Below are positions 22,668-36,019 of a DNA stretch of 64,000 nucleotides, piece by piece. The stretch is from Macrostomum lignano. Taxonomy: Eukaryota. The position numbers were made by a program, and so were the translations under genes. The notes beneath the pieces are model-generated. The model worked only from the letters and a program-made list of their open reading frames with translations, searched no databases and had not been told where the DNA came from. The DNA lies in the NCBI GenBank assembly GCA_002269645.1, contig NIVC01001533.1:186001-250000 (forward strand), in the 5' to 3' direction. Position 1 is the stretch's first letter. Each line of letters opens with the position of its first letter.

Positions 22668-24096
22668 TACTCAAGTAGACTACTCAAGTAGACTGCTCAA
22701 GTAGACTACTCAAGTAGACTACTCAAGTATATAGACTACTCAAGTAGATTACTCAAGTAGTAGACTACTCAAGTAGACTACTCAAGTAGACTGCTCAAGT
22801 AGACTACTCAAGTAGACTACTCAAGTAGACTACTCAAGTAGACTGCTCAAGTAGACTGCTCAAGTAGACTACTCAAGTAGACTACTCAAGTAGACTACTC
22901 AAGTAGACTGCTCAAGTAGACTACTCAAGTAGACTACTCAAGTAGACTACTCAAGTAGACTGCTCAAGTAGACTGCTCAAGTAGACTACTCAAGTAGACT
23001 ACTCAAGTAGACTGCTCAAGTAGACTACTCAAGTAGACTACTCAAGTAGATTACTCAAGTAGTAGACTACTCAAGTAGACTACTCAAGTAGACTACTCAA
23101 GTAGACTACTCAAGTAGACTACTCAAGTAGACTACTCAAGTAGACTACTCAAGTAGATTACTCAAGTAGTAGACTACTCAAGTAGTAGACTACTCAAGTA
23201 GACTACTCAAGTAGACTACTCAAGTAGACTACTCAAGTAGACTACTCAAGTAGATTACTCAAGTAGTAGACTACTCAAGTAGTAGACTACTCAAGTAGGC
23301 TACTCAAGTAGACTACTCAAGTAGTAGACTACTCAAGTAGACTACTCAAGTAGACTACTCAAGTAGACTACTCAAGTAGATTACTCAAGTAGTAGACTAC
23401 TCAAGTAGTAGACTACTCAAGTAGTAGACTACTCAAGTAGACTACTCAGGTAGACTACTCAAGTAGACTACTCAAGTAGACTACTCAAGTAGACTACTCA
23501 AGTAGACTTCTCAAGTAGACTACTCAAGTAGACTACTCAAGTATATAGACTACTCAAGTAGATTACTCAAGTAGTAGACTACTCAAGTAGACTACTCAAG
23601 TAGACTGCTCAAGTAGACTACTCAAGTAGACTACTCAAGTAGACTACTCAAGTAGACTACTCAAGTAGACTGCTCAAGTAGACTACTCAAGTAGACTACT
23701 CAAGTAGACTACTCAAGTAGACTACTCAAGTAGACTACTCAAGTAGACTGCTCAAGTAGACTACTCAAGTAGACTACTCAAGTAGACTACTCAAGTAGAC
23801 TACTCAAGTAGACTACTCAAGTAGACTACTCAAGTAGACTACTCAAGTAGTAGACTACTCAAGTAGTAGACTACTCAAGTAGACTACTCAAGTAGACTAC
23901 TCAAGTAGACTACTCAAGTAGACTACTCAAGTAGATACTCAAGTAGTAGACTACTCAAGTAGTAGACTACTCAAGTAGACTACTCAAGTAGACTACTCAA
24001 GTATACTACTCAAGTAGACTGCTCAAGTAGACTACTCAAGTATACTACTCAAGTAGACTGCTCAAGTAGACTACTCAAGTAGACTACTCAAGTAGA
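22668..24096. repeat. 13-bp tandem array (AGACTACTCAAGT)n, about 108 units
   Basis: Direct inspection; recurrent variants CTGCTC, GATTAC and +AGT. Confidence 0.97.
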
Positions 24097-24467
24097 AGGA
24101 CGAGAAACTACGTTTCTTGTAAAATTTAAGGAGGCAGCAGTTTTACCGAAAATTAATACATTACGGAAATATGTGGTTTACAGTTTTTCAGCGCATTTTT
24201 AGCAGGCAGGCCCAGTTATGTTCATCTTTTGATATGTCTCGCCTTTCTTATAGCTCTATTGATATTTATAAAGCCTTCTTTTAAAAAATGATCATTTTAT
24301 GTTCATTTTATATCCTACGCGCAATCGTACATAGTGATATACAGTGCCTAAAAATAATAAAATGGCACAGCTCGACTCATAGGCTTTACGAATCCATTCT
24401 ATCATTTTAGCTTTATGTGTAACTTGTAACTAATGTAACTAAAACACAAAACACTGCTGTTCGAGCG

Positions 24468-24930
24468 ATTTCGTCAGCGTCCAGGTCTCGGCATTGTACA
24501 ACAGTACGGTCTCAATCACCGCCTGGAACTTCTGGCGGTCAGGCGGACTGCAGGACAGCCCTCACGGAACGGAAGGCAGCCCAGACAAGTCCACGGCGAC
24601 GTCGCAGATCCTCGCGAGCGTCCGGCACCAGACCGTCGAGGTAGAAAAACTGCTGACAGCGTTGAAGCCTCATCACCTGTCCATCAGCGCCTGGGTAGAA
24701 AATCGCAGCCTCGATGTCGTCCGGCATGCAGAGCACGACGGTCTTCTGCGTGTTGACCACCAGGCCGACACTCGCCGCAACGCTTACCACCCGGCAACTG
24801 GCGATGGGTGTCCTCGAAGACTCTCCGGTTGGCGTCGACCCACGCCTCGAACCAACGTTGCCGGCCTCGCCGGTTTCGCTCACGCCGACGTACAAACTCG
24901 CCGGCGCTCGCTTCGCTGCCCTCGCTTGGT
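24468..24930 (-). mobile_element. RTE-like LINE fragment (RT region)
   Basis: VAASVGLVVNTQKTVVLCMPDDIEAAIF..QQFFYLDGLVPDAREDLRRRRGLVWAAFRSVRAVLQS, homologous to 5860-6170. Confidence 0.88.
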
Positions 24931-25469
24931 AGAAAGACAATGCATATCAAAATATGAAGCTTGGGTCTGCCTCCTATCAAAAGCAATACCAGTTTTTGTA
25001 CTTAAAAAATAAAAACCTCAAATTTCATAATTTCTTTTTTCGGCAAAACCTGCCTTCTGAAACTTTCCAAGAAACTTCTACTTGAGTCACCCCCGCGTGA
25101 GAAGCCTCAATGCGCAACTTCGACCTCCCCTGGTTTGTTTAGCAATTTCTCACTTCAGCTCTTCACTGAACAGTGACAAATGACGCTGCTTGACCCTGCT
25201 GTGCAAATCTCTCATCGACTCGGCTGTGCCAGTTTATCGTGTTCGTGAATATGCAATGCCGAATCAGGGTGATATTTAATAAGTTCAGCTTAAGTATTTA
25301 CTCAATTTCTAGCTCCTTTTTTCGGTCCACTAACATTTTTTTCGAAATCGCAGGGAAACTGAAGTCGATTGATTTTATTGGATATCCGCTACAGACCCCC
25401 CAAACTAACCACTTGGCTAAGTTTGCTGTGTTCATAACTTCCCTCGTAGATTAGGTAAATCAGAAAGCC

Positions 25470-25850
25470 TACTCTCTAATGAGCACAAAGCCTACTCTCT
25501 GATGTACACCGGGGTGAGGTGAAGCAGAAAGTCTACTCTCTGATGTACACTGGGTGAGGTGAAGCAGAAAGCCTACTCTCTGATGTACACTGGGTGAGGT
25601 GAAGCAGAAAGCCTACTCTCTGATGTACACTGGGTGAGGTGAAGCACGAAGCGTATTTTCTGATGTACACTAGGGTGAGGTGAAGCACAAAGCCTACTCT
25701 CTGATGTACACTGGGTGAGGTGAAGCACAAAGCGTATTCTCTGATGTACACTAGGGTGAGGTGAAGCACGAAGCGTATTTTCTGATGTACACTAGGGTGA
25801 GGTGAAGCAGAAAGCCTACTCTCTGATGTACACTGGAGTGAGGTGAAGCC
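25470..25850. repeat. 40/41-bp minisatellite GAAGCAGAAAGCCTACTCTCTGATGTACACTGGGTGAGGT, about 9 copies
   Basis: Tandem copies with no spacers; degenerate copies continue to about 26030. Confidence 0.95.
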
Positions 25851-27160
25851 TGATCAGGTTTTGTGTGCCAGAGCAAATAACAAGTGAGGTGAAGCAAAAG
25901 TATTCTGATTACACTGATGGTGAGGATGAAGCAAAAATAAAAATAAAAGCCGCTATTTGAAAAACTGTACACTGTCCCGAGGTGGCAAAATATGCGCGCC
26001 ATACTGATGTACACTGTGAGGTGAAGCTAGAAGCGTTCTAGCATTTTGTAGCTTTTTTGTTGGGTCTTCTCGAATTCGCTCTCGAAATTTTAGCTTTTTC
26101 TCCAACCCCACCTCCGCCGCTCAGGTTTGCATGGCCTGCTATTGCTTTCGTTGTCACTGGGGAGAAAATCAGGTTGCTAGTCTGTCCGCATCCCTTTCTG
26201 TTCTATTTGCTCTTGGACCGTCCTGCCCTGGCAACTCACCAAATCGCCTGCCTCTCCCTCAGTCACGTTCTGAAAGCAAGGAGCACGGACTGGGCGAGCT
26301 AGCTGTGTCCGCATCCAACTCACCCTACTCTCTCGCCTATATCCCAACTAGCTCTTTCGGCCCCATCCATTCAGACTGTTTCATTTTGTCTCTCGCCCCG
26401 TCCTTCCGTTTCCTAGCTCTTTTCTGACGCGCCACAATTGCGCGCGCCGTCGAATCGGAAGGGGAAGCAGCCAGACTGGGAGAGAAGGGTGGAGGGAAGT
26501 CCAAAATTGCCTATCTGTGTTTGGTAGTCGCAGGCTCGATTCAAACAAACAAACCACCGCGCCAGCAGCATGGCTGCGACTCGGTCTCATTCCAGCTGGC
26601 TGTCCGTCAAAAATATAAATCCCAGTGGCTGTGGTCCGGCCGGGATTGGTTTGGACTTGGATTTTGATTAAACCGACTCTGCTAGCTATGCAGACTCACA
26701 CGCTTCGTTGAGTGAGAGATGGCGCGGTTAAGGAAAAAAACAAGAGAATAAAAAATTTATTGGAAAAACCTCTTCATCATGGATTTTCAATGCGTTTGAT
26801 TGAACGCAAATTTAGTGTTATAGTCAATTTTAATGATTTTTTAAATCAGATTTCAAGCCAGAACTAGAGTTCTGCACCCCTCCGGCTGTACCCGTACCGG
26901 CAGAATTGCCTCAACCCCCTTTGCTGTACCTCTGGTACTATCCATTGTGAAAGCTTCTGTACCGGAATTTTTAGTACAGGTTCGTCATTCTCCCCTTTCT
27001 CTATCTTCCCCTCTCGTACTCAGTTTTTATACTGGTATGGACGTTTTTAAAGCTGAAAATTGAATGCAAGCCTGGACTCTCTACTCAGGTGTCTCCAGCT
27101 GGGGTGAATAAATGTCGATAAAGTAACACTGACAATGAGGCAGTGCCTTTGTTTGGCGCA

Positions 27161-27367
27161 ATATAATTAATAATTATTATTGTTGGTTACACCTGAACTA
27201 ATCTGCAGATGTGCAACCGACAGCTCAGCCGCAGCTATATTGCGCGGCGCATCTGAAAGCTGCGTACGGCTGTTCAGTCTATAAGGACTGGGGGGTCGCC
27301 ACACACACACCTTCAATTGCCCCAGCTAATGCTGGCACCCATTTTAAATCTGGGTGAACTGAAGCAA
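27161..27367 (-). mobile_element. 5'-truncated copy of the CORE-like SINE
   Basis: Reverse complement matches 4457-4650, including the AT-rich tail. Confidence 0.85.
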
Positions 27368-28450
27368 TAATAAGTAGCCGATGCACAATTAAATGTTATT
27401 GATTCGCGAATGAGTTTTTAAAACATTTATTGATGTAACATACGGACACGCAGCTATATAGCGGACAGGGGTTACAGGGTCAATTATTCAATTATTTCTA
27501 TTATCAGTTTGGGGACTGAACAACGTTGATTAAAATCGAGATAGAAATTAGATGGGACAAAAGAGTGGCAAGAAAAATTTGCTTCAAAAATCTACAAAAA
27601 TTGCGTTGCTAATGCATCAAACTCTGGTGGTGTGCTCGACCGTGAGCAGGAGTCACAACATTACGAGACTGACAATCAATCAATAGGAGCATAATGCAAC
27701 AACAAAGCAAATAAAATAACAATTTCCTGCAAAAGCTGACTACTTCTATCACGCAATTGGGTTATTGTACTTGTATACAGGTATCTATATTAATCTAGTC
27801 ATTAATTTGAAGCAATAATTTTTTTGTCTAATTGAGAAGTCCCTTCTGCTTCTGCACTTCTTTATTGCACACCACAAAAGCTATTGTTTTCCCCAACACA
27901 ATTGCCTCCTGTCTGATAGCAGGCCCTGCATGCGATAGGATGCTGTCACAGTTGTAAATAACAAAGAGCGGCAGAAAACGGCATTAAAACCCATGCAGCC
28001 TAACAACTATAGGTACTTCAGTATAAGCGGGGACTGTGGGTGCAGTAGTCCCCCTTAATTGTCAGAATCCACGGATAGCCGCGGGTTCGTACACAGGGGA
28101 TTATACTGCTGTATTTCTTGTGCTGTCAGGTATGCCTGTACACTTTTACTATTTTAATAGGTTTCAAATCAGCCCCAAGCTGAGGACTCAATGAGAGTCA
28201 CTAACTTTTTTGTGAATACACAGTTGGAGACGAGCCCGGGTCTTTGTAGGGATCCAAGATATAGTAAAAATATATCTAAATTTTGCTAAAAAAGCGCCAA
28301 CAACATTTTATGAGCGCAACAATAGTTCCAAGGATAATCCAACATTTACAGCTCTAACGAATTACAGGAGTCATATAAGCTTGCGGCGCGTTTTACATGG
28401 GCTCAGAAGACAGACGTTGCCGAAGGTTTCTCAGCCATTCGGGAACATTT

Positions 28451-29785
28451 TCAGCTCTCATCATTTTGCGATCGACGATCTCCGCTCACAATCAGTGCCT
28501 GGGTCACCTCGCTGCAAGGCTGCACCGCCTCCACGGGCGCGGCCCCTGCTTCGGGCTTTGTTGTCACTGACGCCTGTCGGCCGCTTGGGGCCGCGAGCTC
28601 GAGTTTCTCACCCCCATTCTTCATTACCGCCGCTCCCGTCACGGATTTGCGACCACCAGCGCCTCCGCCATGACTGCCGCCTCTGCAGTAGCGCAGAACT
28701 CGCGACCGGAAGACAGTCGACGAGATGAAATACGCGACAAAGTTGGTGGCGTTGTTAGCAAACATCAGCGTCTTCAATGCGTTCAGAGTCACGCGGCGCA
28801 TTGCAGCGTCGTCTGGAAACTTGTAACCGTAGACATTTAACACCTGAGTGATGGAAGCCGGCAGTGTGGTGATGATGTGGATGACGGTAAGAACTGCCAA
28901 TATCTTCATCACGCTCTCCGGCTTGCGACGACCTCCGCCGCCTCCGTCTTGTTTATTCCGATTATTGCTCGTCTTCTTGCTCTTGTGCTGCTTCACGGCG
29001 GCGGCTTGTCGCCGAATGGCGGCGTAGATGTAGATATTGCAAAACAGGAGGATGGTGTAGGGAATGAACAGATAGGTGACCAAGTCCAGTTTAGCAAACC
29101 ACTGGCCAAACGCTTTGTCGTAGCTGCATCGATGCGGCAGCACCGTATAGTCGGTGTCATCAAGATCGTTGACCAGCTGCTCCCAGCTGACTTGATTATT
29201 GACCCTGGTGAGGTTCTTCGCCGGACTGCTCAATAGCCGAACGCATTCAACGACATGGCGATAGAACACAATGGGCGCATTCTTGGCCACCATAATCGCA
29301 ACTAGGGAGCCGTAGGCTATTCCCAGATTGCGACCCGTCAGCAGCTGTTGCACCCGGTAGGGGAAAGCGACAGCGATGAAGCGCTCTACTCCGATGCCGC
29401 AGAGCGTGTACACTGCCACGTCGCTGACGGTGGCTACGACCGCCTGGTGCCAGAAGCACACCACCGGGTGCAGGTCGCGAATGTCGACTTGCAGTGTCTC
29501 CGTCAGCCAGTAGCGCACAACAGCCAGTAGCAAAACGGCGCAATCAGTGAGCGCCAGGCTGACCATCAGGAAGCGAGTGGTGCCACGATTAGACCGCTCG
29601 GTGCCCTGAATGTAAGCCGTGGCCAAGTTGCCGGCAGCGCCGCCGACAATAATGATGGCGCCAAATACTCGGATGCACCATTCGGCGGCGACCAGTCTGG
29701 TGCTTTTGTCGCCGGAGTGCCCTGCGCTGGGGCAGACGTTCACGTAGCCGCTTGAGTTGTTTGCGGCGAAGTTGGCGATCGACAT
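28451..29785 (-). CDS. Single-exon class A (rhodopsin-like) GPCR, FMRFamide/peptide-receptor-like orphan, 444 aa
   Basis: Seven hydrophobic segments; GN..T in TM1, LALTD in TM2, Cys at the start of TM3, ERFIAVAFP, ECL2 Cys (HRCSY), FIPY in TM5, TTLP in TM6, NATNFVAY in TM7; N-glycosylation site NSS. Confidence 0.93.
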   Translation of the reverse strand: MSIANFAANNSSGYVNVCPSAGHSGDKSTRLVAAEWCIRVFGAIIIVGGAAGNLATAYIQGTERSNRGTTRFLMVSLALTDCAVLLLAVVRYWLTETLQVDIRDLHPVVCFWHQAVVATVSDVAVYTLCGIGVERFIAVAFPYRVQQLLTGRNLGIAYGSLVAIMVAKNAPIVFYRHVVECVRLLSSPAKNLTRVNNQVSWEQLVNDLDDTDYTVLPHRCSYDKAFGQWFAKLDLVTYLFIPYTILLFCNIYIYAAIRRQAAAVKQHKSKKTSNNRNKQDGGGGGRRKPESVMKILAVLTVIHIITTLPASITQVLNVYGYKFPDDAAMRRVTLNALKTLMFANNATNFVAYFISSTVFRSRVLRYCRGGSHGGGAGGRKSVTGAAVMKNGGEKLELAAPSGRQASVTTKPEAGAAPVEAVQPCSEVTQALIVSGDRRSQNDES

Positions 29786-30450
29786 CCAGCCGTTGTTCCT
29801 CTGTCTGACGACAATGAAAGAGCCGCGTAAGCGTGTTGAATCGGGAGGCGATGGCTACACGCGCGAACGCAAGCCTTCTTGACTTTGTCGCGGCCTTTAT
29901 TTGCCTGCTGTAGGGCCAATGGAATCGGTTGAGCTGGGGTGGGCTAACGAGGAAGGAACGAGGAAGGCCACTGGGCGCCAATCTCTTTCAAGCATTGTTG
30001 AGTTTCACATGCCCATTATACGAGCTCGTTTCTGCCTATCGGTCCATTTTTGTCTAAGAGAACCGATTGTCTATCATGGCTGCTCTACGTGCTCTGCATC
30101 CATTGTGCATATCTCACTGTCAGATTTTCTCAGCCATGCTGTCTACTTTTCAATCTAGCATATATAGAACTTCCTAGTCTTGCAGATACGAGTATTTTAA
30201 ACGGTTAAATCAATGGAAAAGGCGATATAGAGCCTACGCTCGTATCAAAGCAGCTCTCGCGTCAGCCCTTATCCCATGCAAACACGAATATATAATTTTC
30301 ATCGATTTCGCATCTTTCGCTTCGCTTCAAATCCGCTTTTCAAAGCTGGACTCTGGGCCTCGCTTGCTCAATTATTCTTTTTTAGTCTGCGCCTGTTCAT
30401 GGATCAGGGGAACGGCCTAGCTGTTTGAATCCGCGCTTGCTGTGAGTCCG

Positions 30451-31176
<726 letters not shown>

Positions 31177-32084
31177 CAGAAATGCGAGAGATTATTGTAC
31201 AGCCGCTGCATTTCTAGACAATTTCTTGCCTCAAGTTATCCGTCACGATCGGGATTAGAAGAATATGAAGCAGGGTTAAGCGCCTTCTCACTAGTATTAT
31301 TTATTCTCTGAAATCCCCCCAACCCAGTGCCTCCTACAGTCTGAGGAGGCAGTTTCAGTGAAGCGGAACCTCAGCCCTTCAGCTAATTACATTGGAAGTT
31401 AAGCAATTTAGCGAGATATGAGATGATAATTCCGCCGCCATAGTTTTCAATCAGCCCTCAATCATCTCGTCCGCAGTCTCGTAACTTCCTCTTTGCTATT
31501 ATTATGCCTCAACTTTGCAATTGACGCTGACTGACTGTAATTTCCGCGGTTGGGAAAATCCTTCCAAGAAATATGCGGCAGCCATTGTAGTTGAGTAGTG
31601 CGAAATGGCACAGGCGACAGCGGTAAGGCCTCACGCACACGAGAGGAAACAATAAACTGCTCTAAGGGAGCCGGTTATGGCTTCGGTGTAGTCAGCCTTT
31701 TTCTGGTCATTTTCTTCTCACTCTGCGGTGATCCGCGTGCGTGCAAAGTATTTTTTTCCGATAAAAATAACAATTAGCACTTCAATCAAGTTGCCACCTG
31801 ATCAACCGACCGCTACTTTGTGCTGCTTTGATATTCTAAGGCTTCAGTGTAAACAACAGATGCCATGCAGCTTTCTTTTTGCTGCAAACTTTGTGAATTC
31901 AGGGAAACTCTCACGCTAGTAAGACCCGATTAGCAAACGACAAAGAGGAAGGGCGAAGGTTGGAAAAATCAAAGGTAGAGAGGCACATAAATACAGAGGA
32001 AAAGTTAATAAAATGGACAGGCAACAAGGGAAAGGGCGGGAGTGCATGAGAGGTAGACAGTGTGTGTGGGAGCTTGGAGGAATT

Positions 32085-32800
32085 TGGAGAGGGAGAGAGT
32101 GGGAGAGGTGAGAATGAGAGAGGGCAGAGTTGGAGAGGGAGAGTGGGAGAGGTGAGAATGAGAGAGGGCAGAGTTGGAGAGGGAGAGTGGGAGAGGTGAG
32201 AATGAGAGAGGGCAGAGTTGGAGAGGGAGAGAGTCGGAGAGATGAGAATGAGAGAGGGCAGAGTTGGAGAGCGAGAGTGGGAGAGGTGAGAATGAGAGAG
32301 GGCAGAGTTGGAGAGGGAGAGTGGGAGAGGTGAGAATGAGAGAGGGCAGAGTTGTAGGGAGAGTGGGAGAGGTGAGAATGAGAGAGGGCAGAGTTGGAGA
32401 GCGAGAGTGGGAGAGATGAGAATGAGAGAGGGCAGAGTTGGAGAGGGAGAGTGGGAGAGGGGAGAATGAGAGAGGACAGAGTTGGAGAGGGAGAGTGGGA
32501 GAGGTGAGAATGAGAGAGGGCAGAGTTGGAGAGGGAGAGTGGGAGAGTGGGAGACGTGAGAGTGAGAGAGGGAGAGTTCCAGAGGGAGAAGTGGGATTGG
32601 AAAGAGAGAGAGGGAGAGCGCAGAGAGATTGGGAGAGTGGGATAGGAAAAAGTGGGAGAGGGAGAGTGGAGAGGCAGACAGACATTGTTTGGACCTTAGA
32701 AACGCTTTCTGTAAACAGAGTGGGAGAGGGAGAGTAGAGAGGGAGTGGAGAGGGAAAGTGGGACAGTGGGAGAGGGAGAGTGGAGACTAGGAGATGTGGA
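32085..32800. repeat. Polypurine 44-bp minisatellite (GAGAGGGAGAGTGGGAGAGGTGAGAATGAGAGAGGGCAGAGTTG), about 11 copies, decaying to a GA-rich tract
   Basis: Direct inspection. Confidence 0.93.
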
Positions 32801-33487
32801 GGGAAACAAAGCAGGAGAGTGTGTGACGCAGCAGTTGCGAAGGCATCAGCTCCAGTTAGGCGGCATTATCCAGTAGGACAGTCGAACTTTATTGGCGGCA
32901 ATAAAGATTGGTAAAAAAAGGCCGAGACAGCCGACGGAATTCCACTGAGCCGGCCGCTATCTCCTAATCCCCAGGCGGAACGCGCGGCAGGCGGAAGTCC
33001 AATATGTTTTTGCAAATGAGAATTGCAGGGACAGGACTCCCAGCTGAAGGGGGGTGGTGGGGGAGGTCTGTAGTGCCCAGACAAGGGTAAGAATCGCAGT
33101 CGAAGTTCATAGCTCCCTTCTACTTTTATCTCCTCCTCTTATATCGTAGTATATCTGAGGCGTGCTTCAGTTAAACCGGATTTTATAGTCATTCTGTTTC
33201 TGTGCAGGAAATGCCGATAAGCCTATAATTAGTTTATCGAATGAGATTTGGTGCAAGTACCGTCCTATTGCAGACCCTCAACCTCATCTCTCTCCAATTT
33301 CTATCAAGCATTGTAGAGTTGATCCGCACGAATAAGTTTATCAGGCCGGAATGCCAGTCTATGAGTGTCTTCATTGCGTCGAAATTGAGTACCATGTCAT
33401 CCCGCCTGTACTGGGGCAGTGGACAGTGTGTTCTGATTAATCGATCCGCTTTGTTGAAGCCAGGATACACCGGTAGCGGAGTATTTC

Positions 33488-33846
33488 AGGGTAGATGGTG
33501 TTAGGGATAGCATGGGATGTCAGGGTAGATGGTGCTGTGGATAGCATGGAATGTCAGGGTAGATGGTGCTATGGATAGCATGGGATGTCAGGGTAGATGG
33601 TGCTGTGGATAGCATGGGATGTCAGGGTAGATGGTGCTATGGATAGCATGGGATGTCAGGGTAGATGGTGGTACTAGGGTTAGCATGGGATGTCAGGGTA
33701 GATGGTGGTGCTGGGGTTAGCATGGGGTGTCAGGGTAGATGGTGGTGCTAGGGTTAGCATGGGATGTCAGGGTAGATGATGGTGCTGTGGATAGCATGGG
33801 ATGTCGGGGTAGATGATGGTGCTGTGGATAGCATGGAATGTCAGGT
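33488..33846. repeat. 34/37-bp minisatellite AGGGTAGATGGTGCTGTGGATAGCATGGGATGTC, about 10 copies
   Basis: Direct inspection. Confidence 0.93.
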
Positions 33847-34549
33847 AGCATTATGGAGCAATAATTAGAGGAATTTTATGGGTAAATGGAAAAACAGATG
33901 TGGCAAGGGAATTTAGGGAGAAACCCCAAGGTAGTCTTGAGGCTGGCATGTGGAGTTCTCTATTCAGATCTTTCGTAGAGCTTAGCAAAAGGTGGAGAGA
34001 GTTGAAGATTTCCCCTGAGAAGGATATCTGGTTGCAATCAGTGCTCAAGTTTGCACAGATCAAGCAGAGCATTTTAGGACTTGACAAACACCTAATTAGT
34101 GGGATTTTGTTAGAGATTCACCTGCCTACGCAGAAGGCTAATTGAACTCGTCTCCGTGTATTCCTTTGTCAAATAAAATAGGGAGTGTACGAGTGCTGGT
34201 GTTTAGCGCGGGTCGGAACTACGAGCTAAAAACTCAGAGGGTCACAGGAGGCAGTGAGCAGTAAATCAACTTATACCGAATCCGTATTTTAATTGCCATC
34301 TATGATGGGGCAACTTTAGTAGAGGTTTCGTGTCTCATAAATCTCATAAATTTAATAAACTGAAATTCTGAATTCTATTAATTTGAGAAATATGGAGCAA
34401 TTCTCTGGTGGAATTACTCTGCTGCCAATTGAGATTCAGCTTGACTCCTAAAAGGAATTGTCAGGGAACCTAAGATCCTATTGATAGAAGGCGTCCTGAG
34501 TATGATCCGTGACGTACAACTGTCAACAGCTGGATAATCTGCTGTTGTG

Positions 34550-34830
34550 GAGACTCAACCTGATGATTCATCGGGTTCTGCGTGCTGGACGACATCGAAG
34601 CTGCCATTTTGTGCCAAGGAGGTGCGCTATGTTAGCAGTTCGTCTAGGAGGATGGATCTGTATGCAGCATTGCCGTGGGCTTTTCAGTAGCCCAAGGCCC
34701 TACCTGACCGCTAGAGGGTGGCGTTGTTCCAGGCTTAGAGAGACTTGTTATTTCGTTGACCGCCTACCCGGGTTGACGGCACAGCCTACGTTTGCGCCCA
34801 GGCACTGAGGCGAGCCCTGTGTGACGCTGA
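34550..34830 (+). mobile_element. Old, internally deleted copy of the RTE-like LINE
   Basis: CTGCGTGC.GGACGACATCGAAGCTGC.ATTTTGTGCC, CCTACCTGACCGC.AGAGGG..GCGTTGTTCCAGGC and terminal GAGGCG.GCCCTG match the reverse complement of 5495-6120. Confidence 0.7.
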
Positions 34831-36019
34831 TGCTCTGTGGACTAACCTGACAGCGTACTTTGTTGATGCTCTAATAGAAATTGGCGGTTAACCTTACTGG
34901 AAATCTGCTTGGAAGGAAGGAAGATAGGAACCTGGATTAACGTACCAACTTCGATCTCTTTCTGTACTGCAGTGCAATATATTCTCGTTCTCATTCTACT
35001 CGTACTTCATAGCTTAGTAAAAATTACTTTTAAATTTCATTTAGCCGAAGTGCTCGCACCTGAATCATTTGAAGCGGCGCAATTAGCCGTTCATTAGCTG
35101 GAGCAGTTGCCCTTACTGAACTCTCACTAGCTACCTGACAGGCTGTTTTTGCTTTGACAAACCTTCATTCAGGATATTGGATGGTGAAGTTTGTTTTTCT
35201 GGTCTTAAAAAAATTCCGAGTCGAATGATTAGTGCTTTCGATTAATTAAATTATAATTAAAGTCAAATTTGCTTCTCCAAATTGCGCGCTGCACTGAACT
35301 GCCCCCCTCAACTAGACTTTCAAACGTGACTTTGAACAAGATTTTTTCTATCAAATTCATTCCTCATTTGACCGTCGATGTTCGACCGCCTAGACCATGG
35401 TTAGAAAAGCCGATTCGCTTCCTTAACTTATATTCCTCGTCTTCTTCTTCAGAGAAAGAAGCGCCGGCTGTCTGGTTGCAGACGACAGCGAGTGGATCAG
35501 GCGTACAGCAACGGCCTGCGCCGCCCAGACATCCATTTTGTCAATTTTTTCTTAAGAAAAAACACGTCGTACTCCTGCCTAGGGGAAGGCAGGGAGGGCA
35601 AATCCACTTTGTCAGCCGTGTCAGTTTGACAAAGGGGGCAAAGCAAAACACAACGAACGGCGGACGAGCGCCGGGTTTGGGCTGAAGCCGTCCGCTGGTG
35701 GCTTCTTTGGGCTTGGGCCGGTCATTGATTGATTGCATCGGGCAAGAATGCAGAACATTTTTTTCTCTACAGAGCGACTGCTCCGTTCAAGTACGCAAAA
35801 TACGATTGATTGTTTGCACTGGGGCCAAGAAATATGGGCTTTTATTCCTAAATATTCCGAGGTCATTCCATTGTTTTCCATAAAATACTTGTTAAATTGA
35901 AGGCTAGATACACTTTTTTAAATTGGCTATGGCTAGTGGTTCAGTTTCAATGAACTTCAAAGTATCTCGGTCCTTTTGATTGTCTACTCTACAGTTGTCA
36001 TAGAGCCTTTCAAACAATT

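Noticed and set aside
25470-25850. CRISPR-like array (also considered for the 33.5, 36 and 47 kb arrays)
   Set aside because: Units are contiguous with no unique spacers, there are no cas genes, and the context is eukaryotic.
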